Shown: one piece after another, positions 10,344-22,013 of the stretch
Layout of the letters: each line of letters begins with the position of its first letter
Position numbering within the stretch: the first letter of the stretch is position 1
Origin: Nitrosopumilus sp.
GTDB taxonomy: Archaea > Thermoproteota > Nitrososphaeria > Nitrososphaerales > Nitrosopumilaceae
Length of the DNA stretch: 64,000 nt
Direction of reading: 5' to 3'
Assembly (NCBI GenBank): GCA_965207075.1
Contig: CBDBLO010000002.1
Location: 1,984,001-2,048,000 of the forward strand
The notes under the pieces: generated by a model
Told to the model about the DNA's origin: nothing
Databases searched by the model: none
What the model saw: the letters and a program-made list of their open reading frames with translations, nothing else
Position numbers and translations under genes: made by a program

Positions 10344-10913
10344 TCAGGAAGTCGGCATGTTACGCTTCCGTCCGGTTGTGGGAAGCACCGCCCCGATATT
10401 GTACGAGCCGTCTTCCTCCCACGGGTGGATCATGAGGCCGTACGTGCCCCCCTTGGCAATGGCGTCTGCAACCGACACGCCTGACACCGCCCGGTACTCG
10501 GCTCCTCCTGCCTCGGAGCGAAGCAGAAACCTGCCGCTTTCACGATCCGCATCCAGCACCCTAAAGGTATCGACGAGGATCCTGTCCGCGCGCCGTATCC
10601 TTGACGCGATGTCCGGATCACGGACGCGCTTTTTGGCATAATCGTCAACCAGGCGCGTCTTGGTTCCGGGCAAGATCGCCGCATACGTACCCCATACGTG
10701 CGACACGAAATAATCCAGATCCTCGCTATCAAACTCGTACGGGCACTCTATCGCATACGTGTCGATCAGTTCGTGGTGGTGCTCCATCAGGTAAGTCGAC
10801 ATGCGGTGGATCACGTCGTCGTCCCTTCTTGGGCGAACCATACGGCCGTCACGGAATCTCGTGGCATATGTGTTGCGCGGGCCTGCCCATGGCGGTCGTG
10901 CGGCATACCTCAC
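10344..10913 (-). CDS. Hypothetical protein (island cargo)
   Basis: 189-aa ORF with globular composition; no recognised motif. Confidence 0.55.
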   Translation of the reverse strand: MRYAARPPWAGPRNTYATRFRDGRMVRPRRDDDVIHRMSTYLMEHHHELIDTYAIECPYEFDSEDLDYFVSHVWGTYAAILPGTKTRLVDDYAKKRVRDPDIASRIRRADRILVDTFRVLDADRESGRFLLRSEAGGAEYRAVSGVSVADAIAKGGTYGLMIHPWEEDGSYNIGAVLPTTGRKRNMPTS

Positions 10914-11416
10914 CCACCTTAACGCCCCGCCGGAGTGGTTGCGGCCGCATTGTCGGTTTCGCGTCGGTTCCGTGTTGACATGGGCGAGCTTACACGGGCC
11001 GAGAACCGTCGTCCCCCGTCAGATCTGCCATGCGTGGCAGGCATGGCGAACAAGTAGTATTTTGAAGCATCTGGAAGGCATTGCTTCAAGGCCGTTCTGC
11101 CCACCCTCCCCCCTTCCCTCCCCCTCCCCCCGCCGCCGCACAGGCAGGACGCCGCGATTGGCCGGATTGCCGAGATTCGGAGCTGTAGCTACACCAGCAT
11201 CAGCCCGAGCCAGTACGCCAGCGGGACAGACGCGGAAAAGAGCGCAAATTTTGCCCGGGTAGACCTCGTCTCGAGGGGCTTCCACTGGCCGGGCCCACGT
11301 AATCGAACCGTCTGAAGACGCACGGCATGTTCCCCCCCCCCCCCCGGCCCAGATGCCCAAAGAACCTGCCCAGATCACTGGAGAACCGTGTCACTGCGGC
11401 TTCCAGAGCGGCGGCC

Positions 11417-11829
11417 TCAGCTCGTCCTGAAGGATTGGGCCCGTCTTGCAAGAGCCGCGGCGATCTCATAGTCGTCGTATGCGTATCCGAATATGCCCGA
11501 GTGGGACGCGTCTCCAGGCCTTGGCATGTGCCTGATCCGTATCCGCTTGTTGGCAGCGTCAAGCGCAGCGGACACGGCCGTACCTACGCCAATTACTGCC
11601 ATCCTTCCGCCGGGCTTGACTTCGTAGTCCTTGCCGCGCAGTAGTCTGCAAACCATGCCGGCCGCCTCCGCCACGTCCCATGCTCCGAGATATTCGGCCC
11701 AGTTGACCGACAAGTGATCTTCGTTCCTGCGAATTCGAAAAGCTCCGGCCATTAGTTCCCGTCAACGACGGAAGACGGCTTGCAATACCAGTATGCGTGA
11801 GCTCCCGTCGGAATACCCTTGTCGGTCAT
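11417..11829 (-). pseudogene. Hypothetical protein, possibly ADP-ribosyltransferase-like toxin fold; frameshifted near 11755
   Basis: ATG at 11829 overlaps the upstream stop and gives ...YCKPSSVVDG; the sequence continues in another frame as MAGAFRIRRNEDHLSVNWAEY...HSGIFG. Confidence 0.5.
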
Positions 11830-12260
11830 GCGGAGATCAACTTGTCAACGAACGGCCGAATCGCGTTCATCATGTCATCAGGTGGTAGCAGGCCGCCAAG
11901 GCTGCGCTGCCGGGGCGCGGACTCGTATGTGGCAAGAATGACTGCAAACCCGACGTCACCGACGGGCAAAAAGTACATCGACAGCATGTCCCCGCCGGAC
12001 GTATCCCAGGCAATCTCCATAAAGCCCTCGTGGGTGAGGCCTATGCGCGGGCATGGCAGGTGACGCCGCGTTATGATAAAAGCGGCAAACCTTTGCAGCG
12101 ACTCCAAGTCGACGGTCGGCTCGTCGGGATCGTCGGCGGCCAGTCCGTCAAGGTGCGTGATGCTCTTTGCTATACGCGGATCCATGTTGTCTTGCTCCAT
12201 CACGGCGACAACGTCCTTGCAGCTCTTGGTTAACGCGATCTGCCCATCCTGTGAAACCAC
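11826..12260 (-). CDS. Hypothetical protein translationally coupled to the gene above
   Basis: 144-aa ORF with PCPRIGLTHEGFMEIAW; ATGA overlap. Confidence 0.6.
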   Translation of the reverse strand: MVSQDGQIALTKSCKDVVAVMEQDNMDPRIAKSITHLDGLAADDPDEPTVDLESLQRFAAFIITRRHLPCPRIGLTHEGFMEIAWDTSGGDMLSMYFLPVGDVGFAVILATYESAPRQRSLGGLLPPDDMMNAIRPFVDKLISA

Positions 12261-12445
12261 GCGCTCATGGTGGTACTGCGTGTCCGCAGCATATTACGTT
12301 TATCCGGCCGCGACTGTATGCTTTCACGCCACTGCAGATTCATGCCCGAGTGAGTCTCACACAGTGCAAATTTAGGCACAAAAAAACGGAGGCGAGGATA
12401 TGTCGTAATCACTCCACGCCCCCGTATAAAAAGGGGGTTTAGTCC

Positions 12446-12550
12446 CTAGCCTTCATCGCCAGGTTCTTCACGACTGTGCCAGCACTCGTCGTTATTTGGA
12501 CTACGCTGGTTTGCGTGCTTGTCTAAATCGGATTGCCTGTTCATTTGCAT
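12446..12550 (-). CDS. Small protein of the 'DNHANQLNPNN..YW.SR' type
   Basis: Manual translation MQMNRQSDLDKHANQRSPNNDECWHSREEPGDEG*. Confidence 0.5.
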   Translation of the reverse strand: MQMNRQSDLDKHANQRSPNNDECWHSREEPGDEG

Positions 12551-12772
12551 TTCACCCCCCGTCTCCCAACGTTTTTTTCAGAAAAAACCGCAAGACTTGT
12601 TGGCAATGACGCGGACTCAAGTTTTTGTATATTCTTGGCCCGGTAGGCCTGAGAATGGTCGGACGTTAGGCCGGTAGCGGTAGCAACGGCTGCAACGGCG
12701 GCCGCAGCAACACCGTAACAGGCCGCTGCGGCGACGGCCGCGGTGACCGCATCTGCCACAAAACAAAGCAAC

Positions 12773-12791
12773 AGCGCAGAGAGAGGGATTT
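12773..12791. repeat. att site: exact 19-bp duplicate of the tRNA-Ser(TGA) 3' end
   Basis: AGCGCAGAGAGAGGGATTT identical to 21928-21946. Confidence 0.88.
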
Positions 12792-12902
12792 TAAGTGCGT
12801 ATATAGAAAGGGCGTCTATTCCTTGTCGGATTACAGATCACACGGCCGCCGGTCGACACGGGCTCCCGCGAGGCGGCCGGCGTCCGGGCCGAGTGTTTCT
12901 GC

Positions 12903-15900
12903 CTACCTGCAGACCTTCGGGGCGGCGAGCGTGGGTGGCACGTCCCGGACGATCACAGTTACGGTGTCGGCATCGGTGGCGCCGTCGTCGTCAGTGACGG
13001 TGAGTGCGAACGTGTAACCGGTGTCGGCCGATACCGAGGGCGCCGTGAAGGTGGGAACCGCAGTGTTGTCGTTCTGGAGGGTTACGCCCTGCGGGGCGGC
13101 CCAGGTGTACGATACAATGGAGCCGTCGGGGTCCGAAGATCCGGATCCGTCAAGCGTCACAGCGTCGTCCTCGTCGACTGTCTGGTCGGGCCCCGCGTCC
13201 GCGGAGGGCGGTGAGTTGGGTGGTGGGGGTGTTGGCGCGGGCATGCGCACCGGCGTGTCCTGAACGGTCACGGTGGCGGTGGCGGTGGCGGATAGCCGGC
13301 CGTCAGACACTGTAAGTGTAAAGTTGTATTGGGTGTCCGCAGAGACTTGGGGAGCCTCAAACGACGGGGTCGCGGTGGCGGCATTTTGTAGGGTTATACC
13401 GGAGGGCGCCGTCCAAGCGTACGTTATGGCATCATTATCAGGATCCGAGGAGTTGGAACCGTCGAGACGCACAGTGTAACCCTCATCCACGGACTGGTCG
13501 GCCCCTGCCTCGGCGGCGGGGGCCCTGTTGACGTGCCGAACCGTTATGGTTACGGTGTCGGTATCGTGCAGCGTGCCGTCAGTGACGTTGAGCGTTATGG
13601 TGTAGGGGGTGTCAGACGCGACATCGGGGGCCGTGAAGGACGGGGTGGCCGAACTGGAGGTCTGCAGGGCAGGTATGGCAGGCGACGACGTCCAAGAGTA
13701 CGTCAGCCCGTCGTTGTCGGGATCCGAGGAGCCGGTGCCGTTGAGGTTCACGGTGGCGCGCTCGTCCACCGCCTGGTCGGCGCCGGCGTTTGCGGCGGGG
13801 GCCCTGTTGACCTCCCTGACGGTGACGGTGACGGTGTCCGTGTCCCACAACTGGCCGTCAGTGACGTTGAGCGTTATGGTGTAGGGGGTGTCAGACGCGA
13901 CATCGGGGGCCGTGAAGGACGGGGTGGCGGTGGTGGCGCCGCTGAGCGCTATGGCCGCAGGAGCCGTCCAGCGGTACGTGAGGGCGTCGCCGTCCGGATC
14001 GGAGGAGGACGAGCCGTTGAGGTTCACGGTGGCGCGCTCCGACGCGGACTGGTCGGCCCCTGCCTCGGCGGCGGGGGCCCTGTTGACGTGCCGAACCGTT
14101 ATGGTTACGGTGTCGGTATCGTGCAGCGTGCCGTCAGTGACGTTGAGCGTTATGGTGTAGGGGGTGTCAGACGCGACATCGGGGGCCGTGAAGGACGGGG
14201 TGGCCGAACTGGAGGTCTGCAGGGCAGGTATGGCAGGCGACGACGTCCAAGAGTACGTCAGCCCGTCGTTGTCGGGATCCGAGGAGCCGGTGCCGTTGAG
14301 GTTCACGGTGGTGCGCTCGTCCACCGCCTGGTCGGCGCCGGCGTTTGCGGCGGGGGCCCTGTTGACCTCCCTGACGGTGACGGTGACGGTGTCCGTGTCC
14401 CACAACTGGCCGTCAGTGACGTTGAGCGTTATGGTGTAGGGGGTGTCAGACGCGACATCGGGGGCCGTGAAGGACGGCGTGGCGGTGGTGGCGCCGCTGA
14501 GCGCTATGGCCGCAGGAGCCGTCCAGCGGTACGTGAGGGCGTCGCCGTCCGGATCGGAGGAGGACGAGCCGTTGAGGTTCACGGTGGCGCGCTCCGACGC
14601 GGACTGGTCGGCCCCTGCCTCGGCGGCGGGGGCCCTGTTGACGTGCCGAACCGTTATGGTTACGGTGTCGGTATCGTGCAGCGTGCCGTCAGTGACGTTG
14701 AGCGTTATGGTGTAGGGGGTGTCAGACGCGACATCGGGGGCCGTGAAGGACGGGGTGGCCGAACTGGAGGTCTGCAGGGCAGGTATGGCAGGCGACGACG
14801 TCCAAGAGTACGTCAGCCCGTCGTTGTCGGGATCCGAGGAGCCGGTGCCGTTGAGGTTCACGGTGGCGCGCTCGTCCACCGCCTGGTCGGCGCCGGCGTT
14901 TGCGGCGGGGGCCCTGTTGACCTCCCTGACGGTGACGGTGACGGTGTCCGTGTCCCACAACTGGCCGTCAGTGACGTTGAGCGTTATGGTGTAGGGGGTG
15001 TCAGACGCGACATCGGGGGCCGTGAAGGACGGCGTGGCGGTGGTGGCGCCGCTGAGCGCTATGGCCGCAGGAGCCGTCCAGCGGTACGTGAGGGCGTCGC
15101 CGTCCGGATCGGAGGAGGACGAGCCGTTGAGGTTCACGGTGGCGCGCTCCGACGCGGACTGGTCGGCCCCTGCCTCGGCGGCGGGGGCCCTGTTGACGTG
15201 CCGAACCGTTATGGTTACGGTGTCGGTATCGTGCAGCGTGCCGTCAGTGACGTTGAGCGTTATGGTGTAGGGGGTGTCAGACGCGACATCGGGGGCCGTG
15301 AAGGACGGGGTGGCCGAACTGGAGGTCTGCAGGGCAGGTATGGCAGGCGACGACGTCCAAGAGTACGTCAGCCCGTCGTTGTCGGGATCCGAGGAGCCGG
15401 TGCCGTTGAGGTTCACGGTGGTGCGCTCGTCCACCGCCTGGTCGGCGCCGGCGTTTGCGGCGGGGGCCCTGTTGACCTCCCTGACGGTGACGGTGACGGT
15501 GTCCGTGTCCCACAACTGGCCGTCAGTGACGTTGAGCGTTATGGTGTAGGGGGTGTCAGACGCGACATCGGGGGCCGTGAAGGACGGCGTGGCGGTGGTG
15601 GCGCCGCTGAGCGCTATGGCCGCAGGAGCCGTCCAGCGGTACGTGAGGGCGTCGCCGTCCGGATCGGAGGAGGACGAGCCGTTGAGGTTCACGGTGGCGC
15701 GCTCCGACGCGGACTGGTCGGCCCCTGCCTCGGCGGCGGGGGCCCTGTTGACGTGCCGAACCGTTATGGTTACGGTGTCGGTATCGTGCAGCGTGCCGTC
15801 AGTGACGTTGAGCGTTATGGTGTAGGGGGTGTCAGACGCGACATCGGGGGCCGTGAAGGACGGGGTGGCCGAACTGGAGGTCTGCAGGGCAGGTATGGCA

Positions 15901-18900
15901 GGCGACGACGTCCAAGAGTACGTCAGCCCGTCGTTGTCGGGATCCGAGGAGCCGGTGCCGTTGAGGTTCACGGTGGCGCGCTCGTCCACCGCCTGGTCGG
16001 CGCCGGCGTTTGCGGCGGGGGCCCTGTTGACCTCCCTGACGGTGACGGTGACGGTGTCCGTGTCCCACAACTGGCCGTCAGTGACGTTGAGCGTTATGGT
16101 GTAGGGGGTGTCAGACGCGACATCGGGGGCCGTGAAGGACGGCGTGGCGGTGGTGGCGCCGCTGAGCGCTATGGCCGCAGGAGCCGTCCAGCGGTACGTG
16201 AGGGCGTCGCCGTCCGGATCGGAGGAGGACGAGCCGTTGAGGTTCACGGTGGCGCGCTCCGACGCGGACTGGTCGGCCCCTGCCTCGGCGGCGGGGGCCC
16301 TGTTGACGTGCCGAACCGTTATGGTTACGGTGTCGGTATCGTGCAGCGTGCCGTCAGTGACGTTGAGCGTTATGGTGTAGGGGGTGTCAGACGCGACATC
16401 GGGGGCCGTGAAGGACGGGGTGGCCGAACTGGAGGTCTGCAGGGCAGGTATGGCAGGCGACGACGTCCAAGAGTACGTCAGCCCGTCGTTGTCGGGATCC
16501 GAGGAGCCGGTGCCGTTGAGGTTCACGGTGGTGCGCTCGTCCACCGCCTGGTCGGCGCCGGCGTTTGCGGCGGGGGCCCTGTTGACCTCCCTGACGGTGA
16601 CGGTGACGGTGTCCGTGTCCCACAACTGGCCGTCAGTGACGTTGAGCGTTATGGTGTAGGGGGTGTCAGACGCGACATCGGGGGCCGTGAAGGACGGCGT
16701 GGCGGTGGTGGCGCCGCTGAGCGCTATGGCCGCAGGAGCCGTCCAGCGGTACGTGAGGGCGTCGCCGTCCGGATCGGAGGAGGACGAGCCGTTGAGGTTC
16801 ACGGTGGCGCGCTCCGACGCGGACTGGTCACGGTGGCGCGCTCCGACGCCGTCAGTGACGAGCGTTATGGTGTGGTCGGGGGGCCTGACGGGGTGGCCGA
16901 ACTCGGCAGGTATGGCGGGATCCGAGGAGTACCGTCGTTGTCGGGATCCGAGTGCCGTTGCCGTTGAGGTTCACGGTGGTGCGCTCGTCCACCGCCTGGT
17001 CGGCGCCGGCGTTTGCGGCGGGTGTAGGGGGTGTCAGACGCGACATCGGGGGCCGTGAAGGACGGGGTGGCCGAACGTGTCCCGCTATGGCCGCAGGAGC
17101 CGTCCAACGGTACGTGAGGGCGTCGCCGTCCGGATCGGAGGAGGACGAGCCCGCGTGAAGGACGGCGTGGCGGTGGTGGCGCCGCTGAGCGCTATGGTGT
17201 AGGGGGGTCAGACCGACATCGGGAGCCGTGAAGGACGGTACGTGATCCGAGGAGCCGGTGCCGTTGAGGTTCACGGTGGTGCGCTCGTCCACCGCCTGGT
17301 CGGCGCCGGCGTTTGCGGCGGGGGCCCTGTTGACCTCCCTGACGGTGACGGTGACGGTGTCCGTGTCCCACAACTGGCCGTCAGTGACGTTGAGCGTTAT
17401 GGTGTAGGGGGTGTCGTGCTCAACGTCACTGAGGAGGACCGAGGAGCCGTCCAGCGGTACGTGAGGGCGGTCGCCGTCCGGATCGGAGGAGGACGAGCCG
17501 TTGAGGTTCACGGTGGCGCGCTCCGCACGTGCCGGACTGCGTCGGTAGGGGGCCGGCGTTTGGCCGCAGCGGGGGCCCTGTTGACCAGCCCCCTGGTTCA
17601 CGGTGGGGGGGTGTCAGAGCGCGACTGTCGGGGGCCGTGAAGGACGGGGTGGCCGAACTGGAGGTCTGCAGGAACCAGGTATGGCAGGCCGTCACGACGT
17701 TGAAGAGTACGTCAGCCCGAACCGTTGTCGGGATCCGAGCGTGGAGCCGGTGCCGGTGGACATCGGGGGCCGTGAAGGACGGGGTGGCCGAACTGGAGGT
17801 CTGCAGGGCAGGTATGGCAGGCGACGACGTCCAAGAGTACGTCAGCCCGTCGTTGTCGGGATCCGAGGAGCCGGTGCCGTTGTCGGTTCACGGTGGTGCG
17901 CTCGATCCGAGGAGCCGGTGCCGTTGAGGTTCACGGTGGTGGTGGCGCGCTCGTCCGTCCGGATCCGCCGTTGAGGTTCACGGGTCGTGCGGACTGGTCG
18001 GCCCTGCCTGCGGCGGGGGGCGCTGTTGACGTGCCGAAGTTATGTTATGCCGTCAGTGACGTTGAGGGTGTAGGGGGTGTCAGACGCGACATCGGGGGCC
18101 GTGAAGGACGGCGTGGATCCGAGGTGGTGGCGACCTCCTGAGCGCTGACCGCAGGAGCCGTCAGCGGTTATGGTGTAGGGCGTCGCCGGGGCCGTGATCC
18201 GGAGCGGTACGTGAGGGCGTCGCCGTCCGGATCGGAGGAGGACGAGCCGTTGAGGTTCACGGTGGCGCGCTCCGACGCGGACTGGTCGGCGCCGGCGTTT
18301 GCAGCGGGGGCCCTGTTGACCTCCCTGACGGTGACGGTGACGGTGTCCGTGTCCCACAACTGGCCGTCAGTGACGTTGAGCGTTATGGTGTAGGGGGTGT
18401 CAGACGCGACATCGGGGGCCGTGAAGGACGGGGTGGCCGAACTGGAGGTCTGCAGGGCAGGTATGGCAGGCGACGACGTCCAAGAGTACGTCAGCCCGTC
18501 GTTGTCGGGATCCGAGGAGCCGGTGCCGTTGAGGTTCACGGTGGTGCGCTCGTCCACCGCCTGGTCGGCGCCGGCGTTTGCGGCGGGGGCCCTGTTGACC
18601 TCCCTGACGGTGACGGTGACGGTGTCCGTGTCCCACAACTGGCCGTCAGTGACGTTGAGCGTTATGGTGTAGGGGGTGTCAGACGCGACATCGGGGGCCG
18701 TGAAGGACGGCGTGGCGGTGGTGGCGCCGCTGAGCGCTATGGCCGCAGGAGCCGTCCAGCGGTACGTGAGGGCGTCGCCGTCCGGATCGGAGGAGGACGA
18801 GCCGTTGAGGTTCACGGTGGCGCGCTCCGACGCGGACTGGTCGGCGCCGGCGTTTGCAGCGGGGGCCCTGTTGACCTCCCTGACGGTGACGGTGACGGTG

Positions 18901-21104
18901 TCCGTGTCCCACAACTGGCCGTCAGTGACGTTGAGCGTTATGGTGTAGGGGGTGTCAGACGCGACATCGGGGGCCGTGAAGGACGGGGTGGCCGAACTGG
19001 AGGTCTGCAGGGCAGGTATGGCAGGCGACGACGTCCAAGAGTACGTCAGCCCGTTGTTGTCGGGATCCGAGGAGCCGGTGCCGTTGAGGTTCACGGTGGT
19101 GCGCTCGTCCACCGCCTGGTCGGCGCCGGCGTTTGCGGCGGGGGCCCTGTTGACAGGCAGGTTCGCGCTCAGAGTTACCTGCCGCGTGAGGGTGGTGAGC
19201 GCACCTATGTCGATGATCCTACCGGTAGACTCTATGCACACGCTGTACGAACTCTGGGCAAGGGCGCTGGGGTTCAGCTTCAGGACGTTGTCCGATATGG
19301 AAAAATCCTCATTGTCGTCACATCCGGTGCCGGTTACGAGGGAGTAATTCGGGTTGTGGCCTGTCAGATAATCGTTCTGGGGCGAGATGAGGGCCGCGAA
19401 CGAGCGGTCCGTTCCCACGTCCGTGGTGTTGAGCTGTATGTACCAGAGCCCCAGGTTCGGGTTGAAGGAGGAGGCGTGGGCGAACATATGGTTCATGTCG
19501 GTCACACCCGACACGTCCCACGCGGAGATGTCTTGGTTGAAGGAGAAGGCGTAGGTGAACATGTAGCTCATGTCGGTCACGCCCGACACGTCCCACGCGG
19601 AGATGCTCTGGTTGAAGGCTAAGGCTTCATAGAACATGCGGTTCATGTCGGTCACGCTGGAGGTGCTCCACGCGGAGAGGTCACCATCAAAGTCCCAGGC
19701 GTCTTCGAACATGCTGCTCATGTTGGTCACGCCCGACACGTCCCACGCGGAGATGCTCTGGTTGAAGACAACGGCGCCGGAGAACATATAGTTCATGTCG
19801 GTCACACCCGACACGTCCCACGCGGAGAGGTCGCCGTCAAAGAGGACGGCGTAGGCGAACATGCTGCTCATGTCGGTCACGCCCGACACGTCCCACGCGG
19901 AGATGTTTTGGTTGAAGACATTGGTTTCATAGAACATGCGGTTCATGTCGGTCACGCTGGAGGTGCTCCACGCGGAGAGGTCGCCGTCAAAGAGGGAGGC
20001 GTCTTCGAACATGCTGCTCATGTTGGTCACGCCCGACACGTCCCACGCGGAGATGTCTTGGTTGAAGGAGGAGGCGTAGGCGAACATGTAGCTCATGTCG
20101 GTCACGCCCGACACGTCCCACGCGGAGATGTCTTGGTTGAAGGAGGAGGCGTGGGCGAACATGTAGCTCATGTCGGTCACGCCCGACACGTCCCACGCGG
20201 AGAGGTTGCCGTCAAAGAGGTGGGCGTAGGCGAACATGCTGCTCATGTCGGTCACGCCCGACACGTCCCACGCGGAGAGGTTGCCGTCAAAGAAGGAGGC
20301 GTAGGCGAACATGTAGCTCATGTCGGTCACGCCCGACACGTCCCACGCGGAGATGTCTTGGTTGAAGGAGGAGGCGTGGGCGAACATGTAGCTCATGTCG
20401 GTCACGCCCGACACGTCCCACGCGGAGAGGTTGCCGTCAAAGAAGAAGGCGTCTTCGAACATGCTGCTCATGTCGGTCACGTCGGAGAGGTCGGGCGAGT
20501 CGGGCGCGTAGAGTCTCATGTTGCTCGCGCCCTTGAACGCGGATGCCATGGACGTCCACGACGCGTTGCCCCACTGGTCGATGCTCCGCAGCTGGGCGGC
20601 GTTTGCAGGGTCGCCACCCAAGTATATCCGGGTAAAGTCGCCGGATATGTTGACCGCATAGTCGCCCGGCTCATCGTATGTGTGCGATATGTCACCGGAC
20701 ACGCTGGAGTTGGTGGTGCCGTCGCCCCAGTCCACAGTGTAGGAGCCAGTGGCGCCATCCACAGGTATCGTTATGGCCTTGTCGGTTTCAGTGGCCGCCC
20801 ACGTGGTGACAAAGTCCGTAGAGTCGGCCCACGCGTACTGGAACATGCCGTGGCCGCGGGCTCCCTGATCCGCGTCCCATTCCCACCAATCTCCGGCGCT
20901 CCACGCGTTCTTCCCACCACCATCATGACAACAGCAGCAGATTAGCAAGCATGCCGCGCACAACCCCAAGTTCGCACACGTGGCGCGACGTGCGGACTTC
21001 GTTCCGTTTGCGTCAGGCGGAACTGTGTGACAGCAGGAACCATGGGCGTGGCATCTATCCGAAGGGTTCACATGCTGTTGCAGTTGCGCGCCCCAATTTA
21101 ACAT
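12903..21104 (-). CDS. Giant surface protein: DUF285/BspA-like 25-aa repeats plus a long PKD/Ig-like repeat stalk; reading frame broken in 16830-18200; start uncertain
   Basis: ORFs 18168-21104 and 12903-16802 share the [30 protein letters not shown]-type repeats; FVTTW..VDWGDG N-domain; [13 protein letters not shown] repeats. Confidence 0.85.
13492..16828. repeat. Near-perfect 555-bp tandem repeat, six copies (two PKD domains each), with a 1110-bp higher-order unit
   Basis: Identical blocks every 555 bp (13609, 14164, 14719, 15274, 15829, 16384); ERATV/ERTTV SNP alternates. Confidence 0.95.
19442..20491 (-). repeat. Fourteen 75-bp DUF285/BspA-type repeats
   Basis: (DVSG/STSS)VT(D/N)MxxMFxxAxxF(DG/NQ)x(L/I)SAW x14. 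Confidence 0.92.
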
Positions 21105-21164
21105 AACCGGCCAAGATGGGAAAAAACCGAGGCCATGCGTGAGTGTCCATAGGGGAGCTCGGCA

Positions 21165-21335
21165 TCACGGTCACGGCGGGAAGTTCCGCGGGCAGGCGGT
21201 GATCGACCTGCACTGTCCGTACTTTGGCATTCCGACCGTGACGGACGGGTACGCGCCATACAACGGGTTCGGGGTACGGCGCTGCTGCCGCTGCTGGGCC
21301 CACCTGCTCCGCGACGCGGAGCTGCTTGCCGCCAT
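21165..21335 (+). pseudogene. IS66 transposase fragment
   Basis: PTVTDGYAPY...RCWAHLLRDAE, the IS66 core motifs. Confidence 0.7.
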
Positions 21336-21339
21336 ACAT

Positions 21340-21880
21340 GGCGGCATCGACCTCGCCCTTGGCAGCGGCGCCGTCTTTTGTCATGGGCGTGACGTCCCCC
21401 AGCACAGGTCCCCAAACGCCCCCACCCGCACCCCTGAGCTGGCGCAAGTCAGCATGATGCACCGCAGGCGCAGGTCAGCCGCGTCCATCATCTGCCGCAT
21501 CTCCTGTATGGTGTGCGCGCAGTCACCGCCGCTTGCGGACGCGGGGCATCATCTTTGCGATCTTCTTCTAGGATATTGTATCCTCGGCATCGTTCATCTC
21601 AAAAAAAGTGCTTGAGGGCCGCCATGACCCGGTTTATCGTGGAGCCGGACACCCGGCTTTCGCGCTCCTCCATGTAGTCTATCATGAGCCGCTGCACCCC
21701 CGCCGGGCTGCCGCGCGCCTACGCCAGGAACGCGTCGGGCGCCACTCCGCACGCGTCCAAGAACTGGCACAGCTTGCGCGCGTACCCCACCTTTGTGGCC
21801 TCGCTGTGGAACCCCTTGAGGAGCCGCCGCACGGACTCCGACCCCGTGTCGAGCGCCATAGGCAGCAGCTGCGCATGCAT
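21340..21880 (-). pseudogene. Tyrosine recombinase/integrase pseudogene
   Basis: Manual translation across stops and frameshifts: SEATKVGYARKLCQFL, SGSTINRVMAALKHFFEMND, EMRQMMDAADLRLRCIMLTCASSGVRVGAFGDL; starts next to the tRNA 3' end. Confidence 0.8.
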
Positions 21881-21929
21881 CGCGTATGGTATGCACGCCT
21901 TGAATGCAGGTATTCTACCCTACATGTAG

Positions 21930-22013
21930 CGCAGAGAGAGGGATTTGAACCCCCGCGTGCTTTCGCACACAGGCTCTCAAGGCCCGCGCCCTACCGAACT
22001 AGGCGACCTCTGC
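21930..22013 (-). tRNA. tRNA-Ser (TGA)
   Basis: GCAGAGG/TCTCTGC acceptor stem, CGGGC-CT TGA GA-GCCTG anticodon arm, long variable arm, GTTCAAATC. Confidence 0.93.

Larger units (their letters stand above)
12773..21946. mobile_element. tRNA-Ser-integrated genomic island carrying a giant surface protein
   Basis: Flanking 19-bp direct repeats; integrase pseudogene next to the tRNA. Confidence 0.8.

Noticed and set aside
12840-12905. Shared DNA element or readthrough signal after the VCR motif
   Set aside because: Sequences downstream of the two stops (12903 and 40639) show no visible similarity and the stop codons differ.
13533-16967. 1144-aa plus-strand ORF and the many 78-91 aa ORFs
   Set aside because: Antisense or off-frame shadows of the GC-rich PKD repeats.
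19442-20491. CRISPR array or DGR template/variable repeat
   Set aside because: In-frame 25-aa protein repeats; variation is not adenine-specific; no cas or RT gene in the window.
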